Shown here: one piece after another, positions 51,322 through 60,433 of the stretch
Layout: each line of letters opens with the position of its first letter
Numbering within the stretch: position 1 is the first letter of the stretch
NCBI GenBank assembly: GCA_000990585.1
Contig: LBQD01000002.1
Coordinates: 184,016-248,015, forward strand
Direction of reading: 5' to 3'
Origin: Candidatus Moranbacteria bacterium GW2011_GWE2_35_2-
Lineage (GTDB): Bacteria; Patescibacteriota; Minisyncoccia; Moranbacterales; UBA9337
DNA: 64,000 nucleotides
Position numbers and translations under genes: made by a program
Notes under the pieces: generated by a model
Database searches by the model: none
The model's input: the letters and a program-made list of their open reading frames with translations, nothing else
Told to the model about the DNA's origin: nothing

Positions 51322-52463
51322 AAATAGGTATTGATGGTTCGCGGGCGTTTTTGAAAAATCGCACGGGAATCGAAGAATATTCTTATCAAGTTATCAAACA
51401 CCTGAGGGACAAATTAGAAAGTCATCAGGTGATTTTGTATTTGAGGAAGAATCAAGAATTGAGAATCAAGAATCAGGGCTTTGAATTGCCGGAAAATTGG
51501 AAAGTGAAAGTGATAAGTTTTCCAAGGTTTTGGACTCAGATCGGATTGTCCTTGGAAATGCTTTTGCGTCCGATAGATGTGCTTTTTGTGCCGGCGCACA
51601 CAGTGCCGATCATTCATCCCAGAAAAACAATCGTGACAATTCATGGATTGGAATACGAATTTTGTCCCAAAGCTTATTCATTTTGGGAAAAAATTTATAT
51701 GCGCTGTTCGATAAAATTTTCTTGCAAGTGGGCGAGTAGGATTATTTCTGTTTCGGAAAATACCAGGAAAGATTTGATGAGATTGTATAATGCGCCGGAA
51801 AATAAGATTGAAGTTATTTATGAGGGATACAATTTTAATTTCCAATTTCCAATTTCCAATTTTCAATCAATTTCCAATGATAAAATTTTAAATTCAAAAA
51901 ATAAGTATCTACTGTTTATTGGCAGGCTGGAAAAACGGAAGAATACTCTGGGAATCATTAAGGCATTTGAAATTTTAAAAGAAAAATATCAAATTCCGCA
52001 CAAACTGATTTTGGCGGGAAAAGGCGGGTATGGAGAAGAGGAAATTAAAGATAAAATTGAAAAATCAAAATATAAAGAGGATATTATTTTACCGGGTTTT
52101 ATTGCCGAAGAAGAAAAATGGGAATTATTGAAAAATGCAGATGTTTTTTTGTTTCCGACTTTTTATGAGGGTTTTGGAATTCCGATTTTAGAAGCGCAAA
52201 GCGTCGGCACTCCTGTGGTGGCTGGAAACAATTCCTCAATTCCGGAAGTGGTGTCAGTAAAACAGGGAAGTATTGAATTGTCAGATCAAAAGTCAGCTTT
52301 GCTTGTGGATGTTAATAGCGCGGAAGAAATCGCCGAAGCAACTTATGAGCTTATTAACGATAATGATTTGAGAGAAAAAATAATTAAAATGGGATTGGAA
52401 AACGTCAAAAGATTTTCTTGGGAAAAATGCGCATCTTCTATTACTAAATTATTGAATAAATAG
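51318..52463 (+). CDS. Glycosyltransferase family 4
   Basis: TG.E.Y, GRLE.RKN, YEGFG.P.LEA. Confidence 0.92.
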   Translation: MKIGIDGSRAFLKNRTGIEEYSYQVIKHLRDKLESHQVILYLRKNQELRIKNQGFELPENWKVKVISFPRFWTQIGLSLEMLLRPIDVLFVPAHTVPIIHPRKTIVTIHGLEYEFCPKAYSFWEKIYMRCSIKFSCKWASRIISVSENTRKDLMRLYNAPENKIEVIYEGYNFNFQFPISNFQSISNDKILNSKNKYLLFIGRLEKRKNTLGIIKAFEILKEKYQIPHKLILAGKGGYGEEEIKDKIEKSKYKEDIILPGFIAEEEKWELLKNADVFLFPTFYEGFGIPILEAQSVGTPVVAGNNSSIPEVVSVKQGSIELSDQKSALLVDVNSAEEIAEATYELINDNDLREKIIKMGLENVKRFSWEKCASSITKLLNK

Positions 52464-52536
52464 ATTGTTTGAAAGCTTTTTTTAGTGTTTTGGCGTAAGC
52501 AATAAATAAAAGATTTAATCGGGGCAAATTTTATTT

Positions 52537-53295
52537 TTATTTTACATTAATATATTTGCAAGAAAAATCCTTATCTCCTCCGGTAAGTCCAGCGGTAATG
52601 TGTCCTGGCGTAAAATTTCTTCCCTTGGAAGAGTGATATAAATAATATTTTTCTAATTGCTGTGCTGTTAGGTTTTTTTGTTTCAATATTTGAATAGCTT
52701 TTAATTCACCCGTTGCTCCTGGACCAAATTTTTCATCCAAACAATTATAAATAGCAACCAGTTGATTTTCAAAATTTTCATTGGCTGGCGAGGGGCTAGC
52801 TATAATTTTATCTACGATACCTGAATAAACTTTCAAAACATCTTGGGTGTCACTTTCGGTTTTTATATCTTTCTTGACTTTTGTTTGGCATAAACTCATA
52901 TCCTTATCATTGCAAATAGAGCCTCCGGTCACAAATCCCGCACCATGAAAATTAGAACAATTAAAACCACATTCATCTTCTTTACAACTCGGCTCTGCTC
53001 TTAATTCGAGGCAAAGTTTTTGATTTTCCTCTTTAATTTGTTTGGAATCTATAGAATTTGCCCAACCAAAAATTATCCACCCCACTAAACATCCAAGCAA
53101 AAATATATTTTTTTTGAAAGCAAGTAACCCAAAAACTATAGCTAACAAATAGCCGAAAATAGCGAATTGAAAATAATGATTATAAAACAGTGCTGGAATG
53201 GTAGAGGCTGCACCAAGTAAAAAAATAAAACCAAGCAATGCGACTGCTACTAAGTTTATAATTTTTAAAAATCCGATGATTTTGTCTTTATTCAT
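52537..53295 (-). CDS. Cassette cargo: hypothetical membrane protein with Cys-rich ectodomain
   Basis: Three N-terminal TMs; flanked by IR 52513-52544 / 53301-53334. Confidence 0.75.
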   Translation of the reverse strand: MNKDKIIGFLKIINLVAVALLGFIFLLGAASTIPALFYNHYFQFAIFGYLLAIVFGLLAFKKNIFLLGCLVGWIIFGWANSIDSKQIKEENQKLCLELRAEPSCKEDECGFNCSNFHGAGFVTGGSICNDKDMSLCQTKVKKDIKTESDTQDVLKVYSGIVDKIIASPSPANENFENQLVAIYNCLDEKFGPGATGELKAIQILKQKNLTAQQLEKYYLYHSSKGRNFTPGHITAGLTGGDKDFSCKYINVK

Positions 53296-53369
53296 GTATT
53301 TAAAATAAAAAAATAAAATTTGCCTCGATTAAATGCCCGATAGGGTCGAAAAGAATTTTTTAATATTTC

Positions 53370-53537
53370 GCCTAACGTATCGGAGTATGCGAAGTTCGCT
53401 TTTTGGGTTTATTGATTATTATTTGAATTATCTGGTTACTATTTTAGATGATTTTTGCTTAAATTACCACCAAACAGAGAAAAGCGAATTTGGGAAAAAT
53501 TCGAGCCGAGCCTTTTTCCGCATACTCGGTGTTAGGC
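53370..53537 (-). repeat. attC-like site A
   Basis: GCCTAAC-GT..GAGTATGCG-AAGT[arm1]ATTT-GGG[arm2]CGCATACTC..GTTAGGC. Confidence 0.85.
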
Positions 53538-53618
53538 GAGGGTGAGCGGAACGGAGTGGAGCGAAAGCGCAGCGTCCCAGTAGCGTTTTCTTTTAAATTA
53601 TTTTTTGCGGTCGCGGGC

Positions 53619-53647
53619 TTGACAGATTATTCCTTATCTGCTATACT
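53619..53647 (+). promoter_or_regulatory. Sigma70 promoter for inverted cargo gene
   Basis: TTGACA-17 bp-TATACT with TG extension. Confidence 0.8.
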
Positions 53648-53742
53648 AAACGGTCAATAGTTGAGAAATCGTTTTTTAACTCAAAAGAGTGGTTTCTTGC
53701 TATTGCGAGGACTTACTCTATTTGGAGGAGGGAGGAGAAAAA

Positions 53743-53892
53743 ATGAAGAAAACAATAAAGATTTTGGCCGCAATAAATGCTGTATTAACTGTAGTAAATG
53801 CCGCAGTTAATATAAAGCCACTTACTGTGGCAGCTGCGGTGTTTTTCATTTTAATCACAATCATCATTTTTTCGATACCATCGAAGAAGTGA
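53743..53892 (+). CDS. Cassette cargo: 49-aa two-TM protein
   Basis: GGAGG SD, own promoter and terminator. Confidence 0.7.
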   Translation: MKKTIKILAAINAVLTVVNAAVNIKPLTVAAAVFFILITIIIFSIPSKK

Positions 53893-53911
53893 TGATCCAC
53901 AGTTCCAATTC

Positions 53912-53944
53912 AAGGCGTTAGCTGTACAGCTAACGCCTTTTTTT
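53912..53944 (+). terminator. Intrinsic terminator
   Basis: Perfect palindrome AAGGCGTTAGCTGTACAGCTAACGCCTT plus T-tract. Confidence 0.8.
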
Positions 53945-53976
53945 CATGAGCAAAAAATAATTTGAAAGAAAATGTC

Positions 53977-54052
53977 GCCTAACGTTTACGCATCATCTGA
54001 AGTGCGAAGCATTTGAGTGAAGCGTAGCGAAACCGGATATGGGCTGTTGGGC
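53977..54052 (-). repeat. attC-like site B (minimal, 76 bp)
   Basis: GCCTAAC-GT..CATCATCTG-AAGTGC-GAA-GCATTT..CCGGATATG..GTTGGGC. Confidence 0.8.
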
Positions 54053-54070
54053 GATGTAAGGTTTGGCAAT

Positions 54071-54334
54071 TTATTTTTGTTTATTAAAATTTTTAACTGG
54101 AAAAAATAGTATCAAGCAGAAAGCTACCAAGCTATCAATATACGGAATTAACGGACAAATATTTTTTGAATAATAAATTTTTTTTTCACAATCTAAATCG
54201 CCGACTACACATGCGAGTTTCAATGTGCAATTACTTCCATATAAAAATTTATCGAAAATAACAAAAACCAGGACGGCGATAATTAAAGCGATGATAAATT
54301 TAATTTTAGTTGGTTTAAAAATTTTAATAAACAT
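54071..54334 (-). CDS. Cassette cargo: small two-TM Cys-containing protein
   Basis: 87-aa ORF exactly filling an IR-bounded cassette. Confidence 0.7.
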   Translation of the reverse strand: MFIKIFKPTKIKFIIALIIAVLVFVIFDKFLYGSNCTLKLACVVGDLDCEKKIYYSKNICPLIPYIDSLVAFCLILFFPVKNFNKQK

Positions 54335-54377
54335 ATTTTTTTTTACTTATTAAAAATAAATTGCCAGACCTTATTTC

Positions 54378-54576
54378 GCCTAACGTTTAAGAATATCTGA
54401 AGTCCTGCACTTTGGTTTTTATACACAAAACCTTGATATTCCTACTTTATTTGTTAATCTCATTATACTCTAATTTACAGCAAAACGGAAAAGTGCAGGA
54501 TTTGGGAGAGAAAAATTTGCCCTCCTTTTAGTTTTAACTGTGGCAAATTTTTTGAACCAGATATTCTTTGTTATCG
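54378..54576 (-). repeat. attC-like site C
   Basis: GCCTAAC-GT..AAGAATATCTG-AAGTCCTGCACTTT..AAAGTGCAGGATTT-GGG..CCAGATATTCTT-T-GTTATCG. Confidence 0.88.
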
Positions 54577-54647
54577 GATGTAGCAAAAAACAAACATTCC
54601 TTATTGTATTTATTTTTTTTCAAGCCCTTTTAAAATTTTTTGTGGTC

Positions 54648-54676
54648 TTGACAGGCTGGCTTTTTTCTGCTATACT
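54648..54676 (+). promoter_or_regulatory. Sigma70 promoter for inverted cargo gene
   Basis: TTGACA-17 bp-TATACT with TG extension. Confidence 0.8.
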
Positions 54677-54735
54677 AACTTGATACTAATTTTGGTGTCT
54701 GTACATTACAAAACTCGAGAAAAAGGAGGTTTACA

Positions 54736-55296
54736 ATGGAACTCAAGAGTATATTGTCGGTAATTTCTGGCGTGTTGTTCGTTGCGGGATTCGTTCCCTA
54801 CATTATCGCAATACTGCGTGGTGAAACGAAGCCTGCAAAGGCCTCGTGGATAATCTGGGCAAGCCTTGACTATATTGTCTTGGCTGGCATGATTGCTGAA
54901 AAAACAGTCAACGGACAAATCCTTGGGGCTGTAATCGGAGCAACAATCGTCATCGGTCTGGCCATGAAATACGGAGCTTCGGGTTGGACAAGAACGGATA
55001 AATTTTGTCTCATCGGTGCAATGCTTGGCATTTCATTATGGATGATTTTTAAAAATCCAACCTTCGGCATCATGACAAGCTGCATTGTCGCATTTATCGG
55101 TTCTTTTCCCACGTTTATATCTGCGTGGAAAGACCCCAGTAAAGAAAACAGGCTTGCGTGGACTATTTTCTGGATTTCCTGCGTTTGCGCAATGATAGCC
55201 ATTCCGCGCATGACCTTTGCTGATGCAGCACAGCCCACAACCTTTTTTCTAATTGAAAGCGTCATGATGTATATTTTGTACTTTCGCGCTCGCTAA
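54736..55296 (+). CDS. Cassette cargo: multi-pass membrane protein (PQ-loop-like)
   Basis: AAGGAGG SD; PY..AI..G.TKP..ASW.IW and a second PT...AW..P..E repeat. Confidence 0.8.
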   Translation: MELKSILSVISGVLFVAGFVPYIIAILRGETKPAKASWIIWASLDYIVLAGMIAEKTVNGQILGAVIGATIVIGLAMKYGASGWTRTDKFCLIGAMLGISLWMIFKNPTFGIMTSCIVAFIGSFPTFISAWKDPSKENRLAWTIFWISCVCAMIAIPRMTFADAAQPTTFFLIESVMMYILYFRAR

Positions 55297-55415
55297 ACTC
55301 GCAAGCGACATTATTGTAAGGTCATCAGTTGGATACTGGTGGCCTTTTTCTTTTTCTAAAATTTTAAAAGGGCTTGAAAAAAAATATTAATAAAAGGTTT
55401 GTTTTTTGCTATTTC

Positions 55416-55898
55416 CGATAACGTAAGTGATATCTGAAGTTTTTATTTTCTTTCCTTATTATTTTTAAAAAAGGGAAAATAAAAATTTGGGTGGAGTGAA
55501 AGAAAAATATTATTTAATATCGATTAGAACAGCATCAACTTCTTCATCAGAAACAAACGCTCTGGTAACTTGCTCACATTGAATTTCATCAAAAATTTTC
55601 ACCACCACATATGTTCCAATGGTTTTTCCTTCGCCTAAAGTATATTTGGTTATGACACATCTGCCATAAGCATTCCAGTTTTCATCTCGCAGATCCATTG
55701 GAACTTTGATTTGATAAAGCCTGTGCCCGTTTTTACTAAAATTATACTTTTTGCCAATCTCGAGCGGATTAGGAATATCCTTTTTGTCCATTCTGAGACA
55801 GGCTTGCAATTCAAATGGGTTGCCCATAAATTTTTTGATATTAACGGAGATATTAAATAATATTTTTCTTTCACGTAACCAGATATTACTTGTTATCG
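55416..55898 (-). repeat. attC-like site D (483 bp; encloses a gene)
   Basis: CGATAAC-GT..GATATCTG-AAGT[arm1]ATTT-GGG[arm2 containing the ORF]CCAGATAT..GTTATCG. Confidence 0.8.
55510..55827 (-). CDS. Hypothetical protein inside arm 2 of site D
   Basis: 105-aa ORF bounded by GTGAAAGAAAAATATTATTTAATATC / GATATTAAATAATATTTTTCTTTCAC. Confidence 0.75.
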   Translation of the reverse strand: MGNPFELQACLRMDKKDIPNPLEIGKKYNFSKNGHRLYQIKVPMDLRDENWNAYGRCVITKYTLGEGKTIGTYVVVKIFDEIQCEQVTRAFVSDEEVDAVLIDIK

Positions 55899-55925
55899 GA
55901 TGTGGCGAATACTTGGAGCTATTTC

Positions 55926-56038
55926 CGATAACGTTTCAGTATATCTGATGTTTGCCAAAATTCCTTTAAAAATCAATAAGTTTTTGGCAAATATGGGTCG
56001 AGCGAGGGCACGAGCGAGCCAGATATACTGTGTTGTGC
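55926..56038 (-). repeat. attC-like site E
   Basis: CGATAAC-GT..CAGTATATCTG..TTTGCCAAAA/TTTTGGCAAA..GGG..CCAGATATACTG-T-GTTGTGC. Confidence 0.85.
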
Positions 56039-56221
56039 GAGGGTTATTTTCTGGAGTGATAACGGAAGAAAATCAAGTGCAACGACCCCGAAGCGTATTT
56101 TTCAATATTTTTTCATTCCTTATTATTTTGTTGAAGAATTTTATCATTATTTGGAATTTTTATTTTTTCGTTTTTCTTTTTCCAAGAGGGGTTAGGGGTG
56201 AATTGGAAAAAGAAAAACACC

Positions 56222-58642
56222 TTATTTTAAATATTTCTTTAACTCATCAAAACCATAACTATTTTCTACAATATTTTTTATATACTCCAAATCTAACTCC
56301 TTGTCGTTTTTAAAAGGCATTGGAATATTCATTTTTTTAAGTTTTGTTAAATTTAATTTTCTGTAATAATTATATCTCCATTGATGATTTTTTATCATTA
56401 CTGAAATATAAAATAATAAATATGGATTATATTCATTTTTTAATGTTAGAACTGCATTATCTCCGCTAGTTATAAAATCATCAAATTGAAAAAATGTTTC
56501 TCCAACACTTCCGTTTAATGCCACAGTTAGACATTTGCCTTTAAAATTTGGATCTTCATCGTAATAACCGGATACTCCATTATTTAGCGATGAAGTAGTA
56601 ACATATGGAATATTACCTATTTCTAAAGAATTTTGAGGCAAGGCTGTTTTTTTGTTTATAATACATAAACCATTTTCTTGCTCTTCTTTTATATAAATTA
56701 CTGGTATAAATTTTATTTTAGGCTGTTTCCCTATATGTTTACTTCTCCATTTTTTAGTTTTTATTAAATATGTTAATGATTCTTTTATAGCATTGTCTAA
56801 TTGTTCTTCGACTTCTTTAATATCAGGTATTTTATTATCTATATAAACCTCGGGGGTAAGTTCTATGTTTACATCATTATTATCAAGCTTACAAATTTTC
56901 TTAAATTCTGGAGCGTCTTCAAATTTTAGATTTTGATTAACTAAAAATGCTTTCAATTCTTCTTTTATTTCTTTTATTTGATTTCTTTCTCTTTCTTCAT
57001 CAAAAATTCTTTTTCCTTTCTTTTTTCTATATCCGTCCGTAACACCTCTTGCAAAATATACATTTTGACTATTAAAATTATGAGGAACACCCTTTTTTAT
57101 AAATACTCCTATTGTTCCAACACTAACAGGATAAAATAGATCTTCTGGCAAAGTAACAACCGATAATAAAGTATTATTTTCTAGTAAATCTTTTCTCCAA
57201 GATTTTCCACCTCCACCTTCAACCATTACAGAGATTGGAACAATGGCAAAAAGAATACCACCGTCTTGCATTTGAGATAATGCATGATCTATAAAATGTC
57301 TTTCTTTTTCATCTCCTTTTTTAAGAGCAAAAGGAGGGTTCATTAATACTTTAGTGATAACTGGATTTTTAGTTAATTCATTACCTATTCTTTTTACAAA
57401 TTCACCTGTTTGATTTCCTTTTTTATTAGTTAATTCTATATTTTTTTGAAAACAATTTCCCTCACTCATATTATTTCTTCCATCTCCCCTAAAAATCATA
57501 TTTACAAGTGCAAGTGCTACGACTTCATCGTCCTGTTCAATTCCAAAAAGATTATAATTTTTAAATTTTTCTATTTGTTTATCGCTTGAATTTTTTTTGA
57601 TATGATCAAAAGAAGAAACTAAAAAACCACCTGTACCACAAGTCGGATCAAGAACATAATCATTGTGATTTACATCTAAAACTTCAACTGCAAATTCTGT
57701 TATATGTCTAGGAGTTAAAACGATACCTATCTCTTTTGCACCATTTCCATATTTCAAAAATTTTTCATAAAATTCTCCTAAAATATCTTTACCAGAAGCC
57801 ATTGCATTCTTAATATCTAAAGCCTCTAATTCTTTAATTGTTTCCTTGATTGCGTCCCTATATTTTATGTGATTCTCTCTGCTTGGTGGTAATTCTAATT
57901 TTAGAAAATTAAAAAAACTTTCTTTTTCTACTTCTCTTAGTTTTTTATTGATTAATGAATTAACACTTTCAACTAATGTTGTTGTATCATTTTCTTTTAG
58001 ATTGATAAAAGAATTATCTGCCAAAGAAAGTACAAGTCCTGCAATGAATCTAGCTCTTTTATTTTTATTTATCCCTGCATTATGTAAAATTTCATTTATT
58101 TCTAATGCTGAATCTATATATTTTTCTTCTGGCAAATCTGGAAACTCCGACCATTCTGGCTTATCGTGTTCTAAAATATATTGAGCTTGTTTTTTTGAAA
58201 GTAAGATATTTTTTATCTTTCCTTTTTCCAAAAGCACATTTTCCCATTTCCCATTTTTTAAATATTGATTTTTGACTATATAACCATCTGTATCATTTCC
58301 AGCTACTCCAGAAATTAAAACACATTTAATTTTTTTACTTTTGTTAATCTTTTTCGCATATTGATTTTTTGCCTCATCAAGAGCTTGTTCTATCATATCT
58401 CTATCTCTCTTGCTTTCAATTGCCCAAAATTCTTCACTATTAAGTTTTACCACAGCTTCTGGCATATCTCTATCCAGAAGATTTTTTAGTTCTTTATGGT
58501 ACAAAACTTCATTTTGCTTATAAACTTCACCATCAGAAACCCTAGCAGGATTTTTTACAATCCAACCTAATTTATCAAGCTCTTCCTTGATATAAGTATA
58601 AGCATCAACCTCACTATTTTTTGGTTTAGATGAATGAGTCAT
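56222..58642 (-). CDS. Cassette cargo: fused restriction-modification enzyme (nuclease + N6-adenine MTase + TRD; Type IIG/BcgI-like)
   Basis: GIVLTPRHI, DPTCGTGGFL, NPPF; N-terminal PE...IESK; C-terminal HsdS-like PYVT.S..NNG. Confidence 0.85.
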   Translation of the reverse strand: MTHSSKPKNSEVDAYTYIKEELDKLGWIVKNPARVSDGEVYKQNEVLYHKELKNLLDRDMPEAVVKLNSEEFWAIESKRDRDMIEQALDEAKNQYAKKINKSKKIKCVLISGVAGNDTDGYIVKNQYLKNGKWENVLLEKGKIKNILLSKKQAQYILEHDKPEWSEFPDLPEEKYIDSALEINEILHNAGINKNKRARFIAGLVLSLADNSFINLKENDTTTLVESVNSLINKKLREVEKESFFNFLKLELPPSRENHIKYRDAIKETIKELEALDIKNAMASGKDILGEFYEKFLKYGNGAKEIGIVLTPRHITEFAVEVLDVNHNDYVLDPTCGTGGFLVSSFDHIKKNSSDKQIEKFKNYNLFGIEQDDEVVALALVNMIFRGDGRNNMSEGNCFQKNIELTNKKGNQTGEFVKRIGNELTKNPVITKVLMNPPFALKKGDEKERHFIDHALSQMQDGGILFAIVPISVMVEGGGGKSWRKDLLENNTLLSVVTLPEDLFYPVSVGTIGVFIKKGVPHNFNSQNVYFARGVTDGYRKKKGKRIFDEERERNQIKEIKEELKAFLVNQNLKFEDAPEFKKICKLDNNDVNIELTPEVYIDNKIPDIKEVEEQLDNAIKESLTYLIKTKKWRSKHIGKQPKIKFIPVIYIKEEQENGLCIINKKTALPQNSLEIGNIPYVTTSSLNNGVSGYYDEDPNFKGKCLTVALNGSVGETFFQFDDFITSGDNAVLTLKNEYNPYLLFYISVMIKNHQWRYNYYRKLNLTKLKKMNIPMPFKNDKELDLEYIKNIVENSYGFDELKKYLK

Positions 58643-58868
58643 AAGTTTAGATTATTATAAATATAAATTTATTATAGCATGTAGCAACATATTAATAAAA
58701 AAAATTAAATTTTCAATTATGGTTTTATTAAATAATCATTTTTTGCGGAGGAACGGAGCAAAAAATATCCGCTTATCCCCCTCATAAAAATAAAAAAATA
58801 AAAATTCCATTCCTTTTTAAATTCTTCAACAAAATTTTCATTTGAGAAAAAATATTGAAAAATATGTC

Positions 58869-59058
58869 GCACAACGTATCGGCATCATCTGAAGTTGCGC
58901 CCATATTTATTGGCTAAAACTTCAACTTTCTATCTACTTTAATTATATCACTAAATTTTGTCCTATCACAGCGCAATTTGGGAGAGAAAATTTTTCAAAC
59001 CTTGGCGTTAAAAGATATAAAGGTGAAAAATTTCCGAACCAGATATGCCGTGTTAGCT
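58869..59058 (-). repeat. attC-like site F
   Basis: GCACAAC-GTATCGGCATCATCTG-AAGTTGCGC..GCGCAATTT-GGG..CCAGATATGCCG-T-GTTAGCT. Confidence 0.88.
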
Positions 59059-59184
59059 GATGTATTTTTTTTGTCTTCTATTTTATTGGTACAAATTTTG
59101 TTTATTCTAAAAGAAAATTTGATTTTTGTTTTGGATTTTGGGCAGAGGGGTCAGGGGTGAATGCCCAAAATCCAAAACTCCTTT

Positions 59185-59664
59185 TTATTTTTCCTCTAGA
59201 TCTTTACCAGATATCCATGCTTCATACAATATTTCATCACGAGTTTTATAATGGCTTTCTTCAATTTTAACATCTTCCATTCTTTTCATATAAGCTGCGT
59301 ACAAAGGAGACTCTTTTTTCATATATTCAATGTATGCATCATCAATTCCGTTGTAAGTTGGGTCTGCCATCATTTTTTGTACACGATATTCATCCTTTCC
59401 CTTTTCTAGCTTTTTCCACTCTTGGGCTAATTCTTCATCACTACGATTATCACCAGCCAACCTTGCTCTGTTGATGTAAATATCCGTTCTTTCTTTCTCT
59501 AACTTCTCCATCTCTACAATATCCTGCTCCTCAGTTTGCTCATAATCTCTTGTGCCTGGATTAAAATCTCTTTCCATAGCTTCTAACCCTTCTATGTGGG
59601 CAGTTTCAGCATCTTTACTGCCTGGCTCTGGAGTAAAACTCCCAAAATTTTCTTTGTTTCCCAT
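59185..59664 (-). CDS. Cassette cargo: acidic hypothetical protein
   Basis: 159-aa ORF, second gene of the cassette. Confidence 0.7.
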   Translation of the reverse strand: MGNKENFGSFTPEPGSKDAETAHIEGLEAMERDFNPGTRDYEQTEEQDIVEMEKLEKERTDIYINRARLAGDNRSDEELAQEWKKLEKGKDEYRVQKMMADPTYNGIDDAYIEYMKKESPLYAAYMKRMEDVKIEESHYKTRDEILYEAWISGKDLEEK

Positions 59665-59679
59665 ATTTTTTTACTTAAA

Positions 59680-60285
59680 TTAATTAATATTTATTACTTT
59701 TATTATTTCATCAAAACTAGAAACTATTTTGAACGGTTTTCCTTTTTCGAGTCTGTCTTTTTTGTGAAAGCCAAAATCGACTGCAATTGTTTTGACTCCG
59801 ACTTTATTCCCTTCTATAATATCTCCCAGAGTATCAGTCACAAAAACACAATCTTCAGCTTTGAATTTGTATTTTTCAAATAAGTATTTGAATTTTTCAA
59901 CTTTAGATTGATGTGTTTCAGCTCCCAATATTTCCTTAAAAATGTGAACGAATTTATTGTTTTGAAAATAAATATTCAACGCCTCCTCTTGATTGGATGA
60001 AATAATAAACAAAAGATATCTCAGTGATAGTTTTTCTAAATTACTTTTAACACTCGCGTCTATTTTAAGATGCTCGAACGCTTTATTTTGCAACTTATAA
60101 AATTGCTCGCTATCCGCCTTTTCCTTTTCCTCATCAACCACTACTTTTTCAAAGATATTTCCATTGAAAAAATCCCTATGTTGTTCTCGAGTTAGATTCC
60201 CGCCAGAAATCTTAAGGTTTATTTGATAGGCCATTTCATATGTATCATGAATTACACCATCAAAATCAAAAATAATTGCTTTCAT
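59680..60285 (-). CDS. Cassette cargo: HAD family hydrolase
   Basis: IIFDFDGVI.D motif I, ISSN, FVTDT.GDI. Confidence 0.9.
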   Translation of the reverse strand: MKAIIFDFDGVIHDTYEMAYQINLKISGGNLTREQHRDFFNGNIFEKVVVDEEKEKADSEQFYKLQNKAFEHLKIDASVKSNLEKLSLRYLLFIISSNQEEALNIYFQNNKFVHIFKEILGAETHQSKVEKFKYLFEKYKFKAEDCVFVTDTLGDIIEGNKVGVKTIAVDFGFHKKDRLEKGKPFKIVSSFDEIIKVININ

Positions 60286-60433
60286 AGGTTATTTGCTATA
60301 AATAGTTTTTTTATGCCTCTTTGTAGGCAGAAAAAACACCTTTTACCCCTCTATAAATAAATTAAAAATCAAATTTTCTTCGTGGTTCAACGCACAAATC
60401 TCAAAATTATCACCAAAGACAAAAAAATATTTC

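Noticed and set aside
53912-53939. Palindrome containing GTTAGCTG/CAGCTAAC as a miniature cassette
   Set aside because: It lacks the ATCTG/CCAGATA body and the TG/TT mismatch, and its position plus T-tract fits a terminator; the resemblance may be chance.
55900-56313. ORFs spanning attC-like sites (also 53333, 58978, 61499)
   Set aside because: They are translations of structured AT-rich repeats with no protein-like features.
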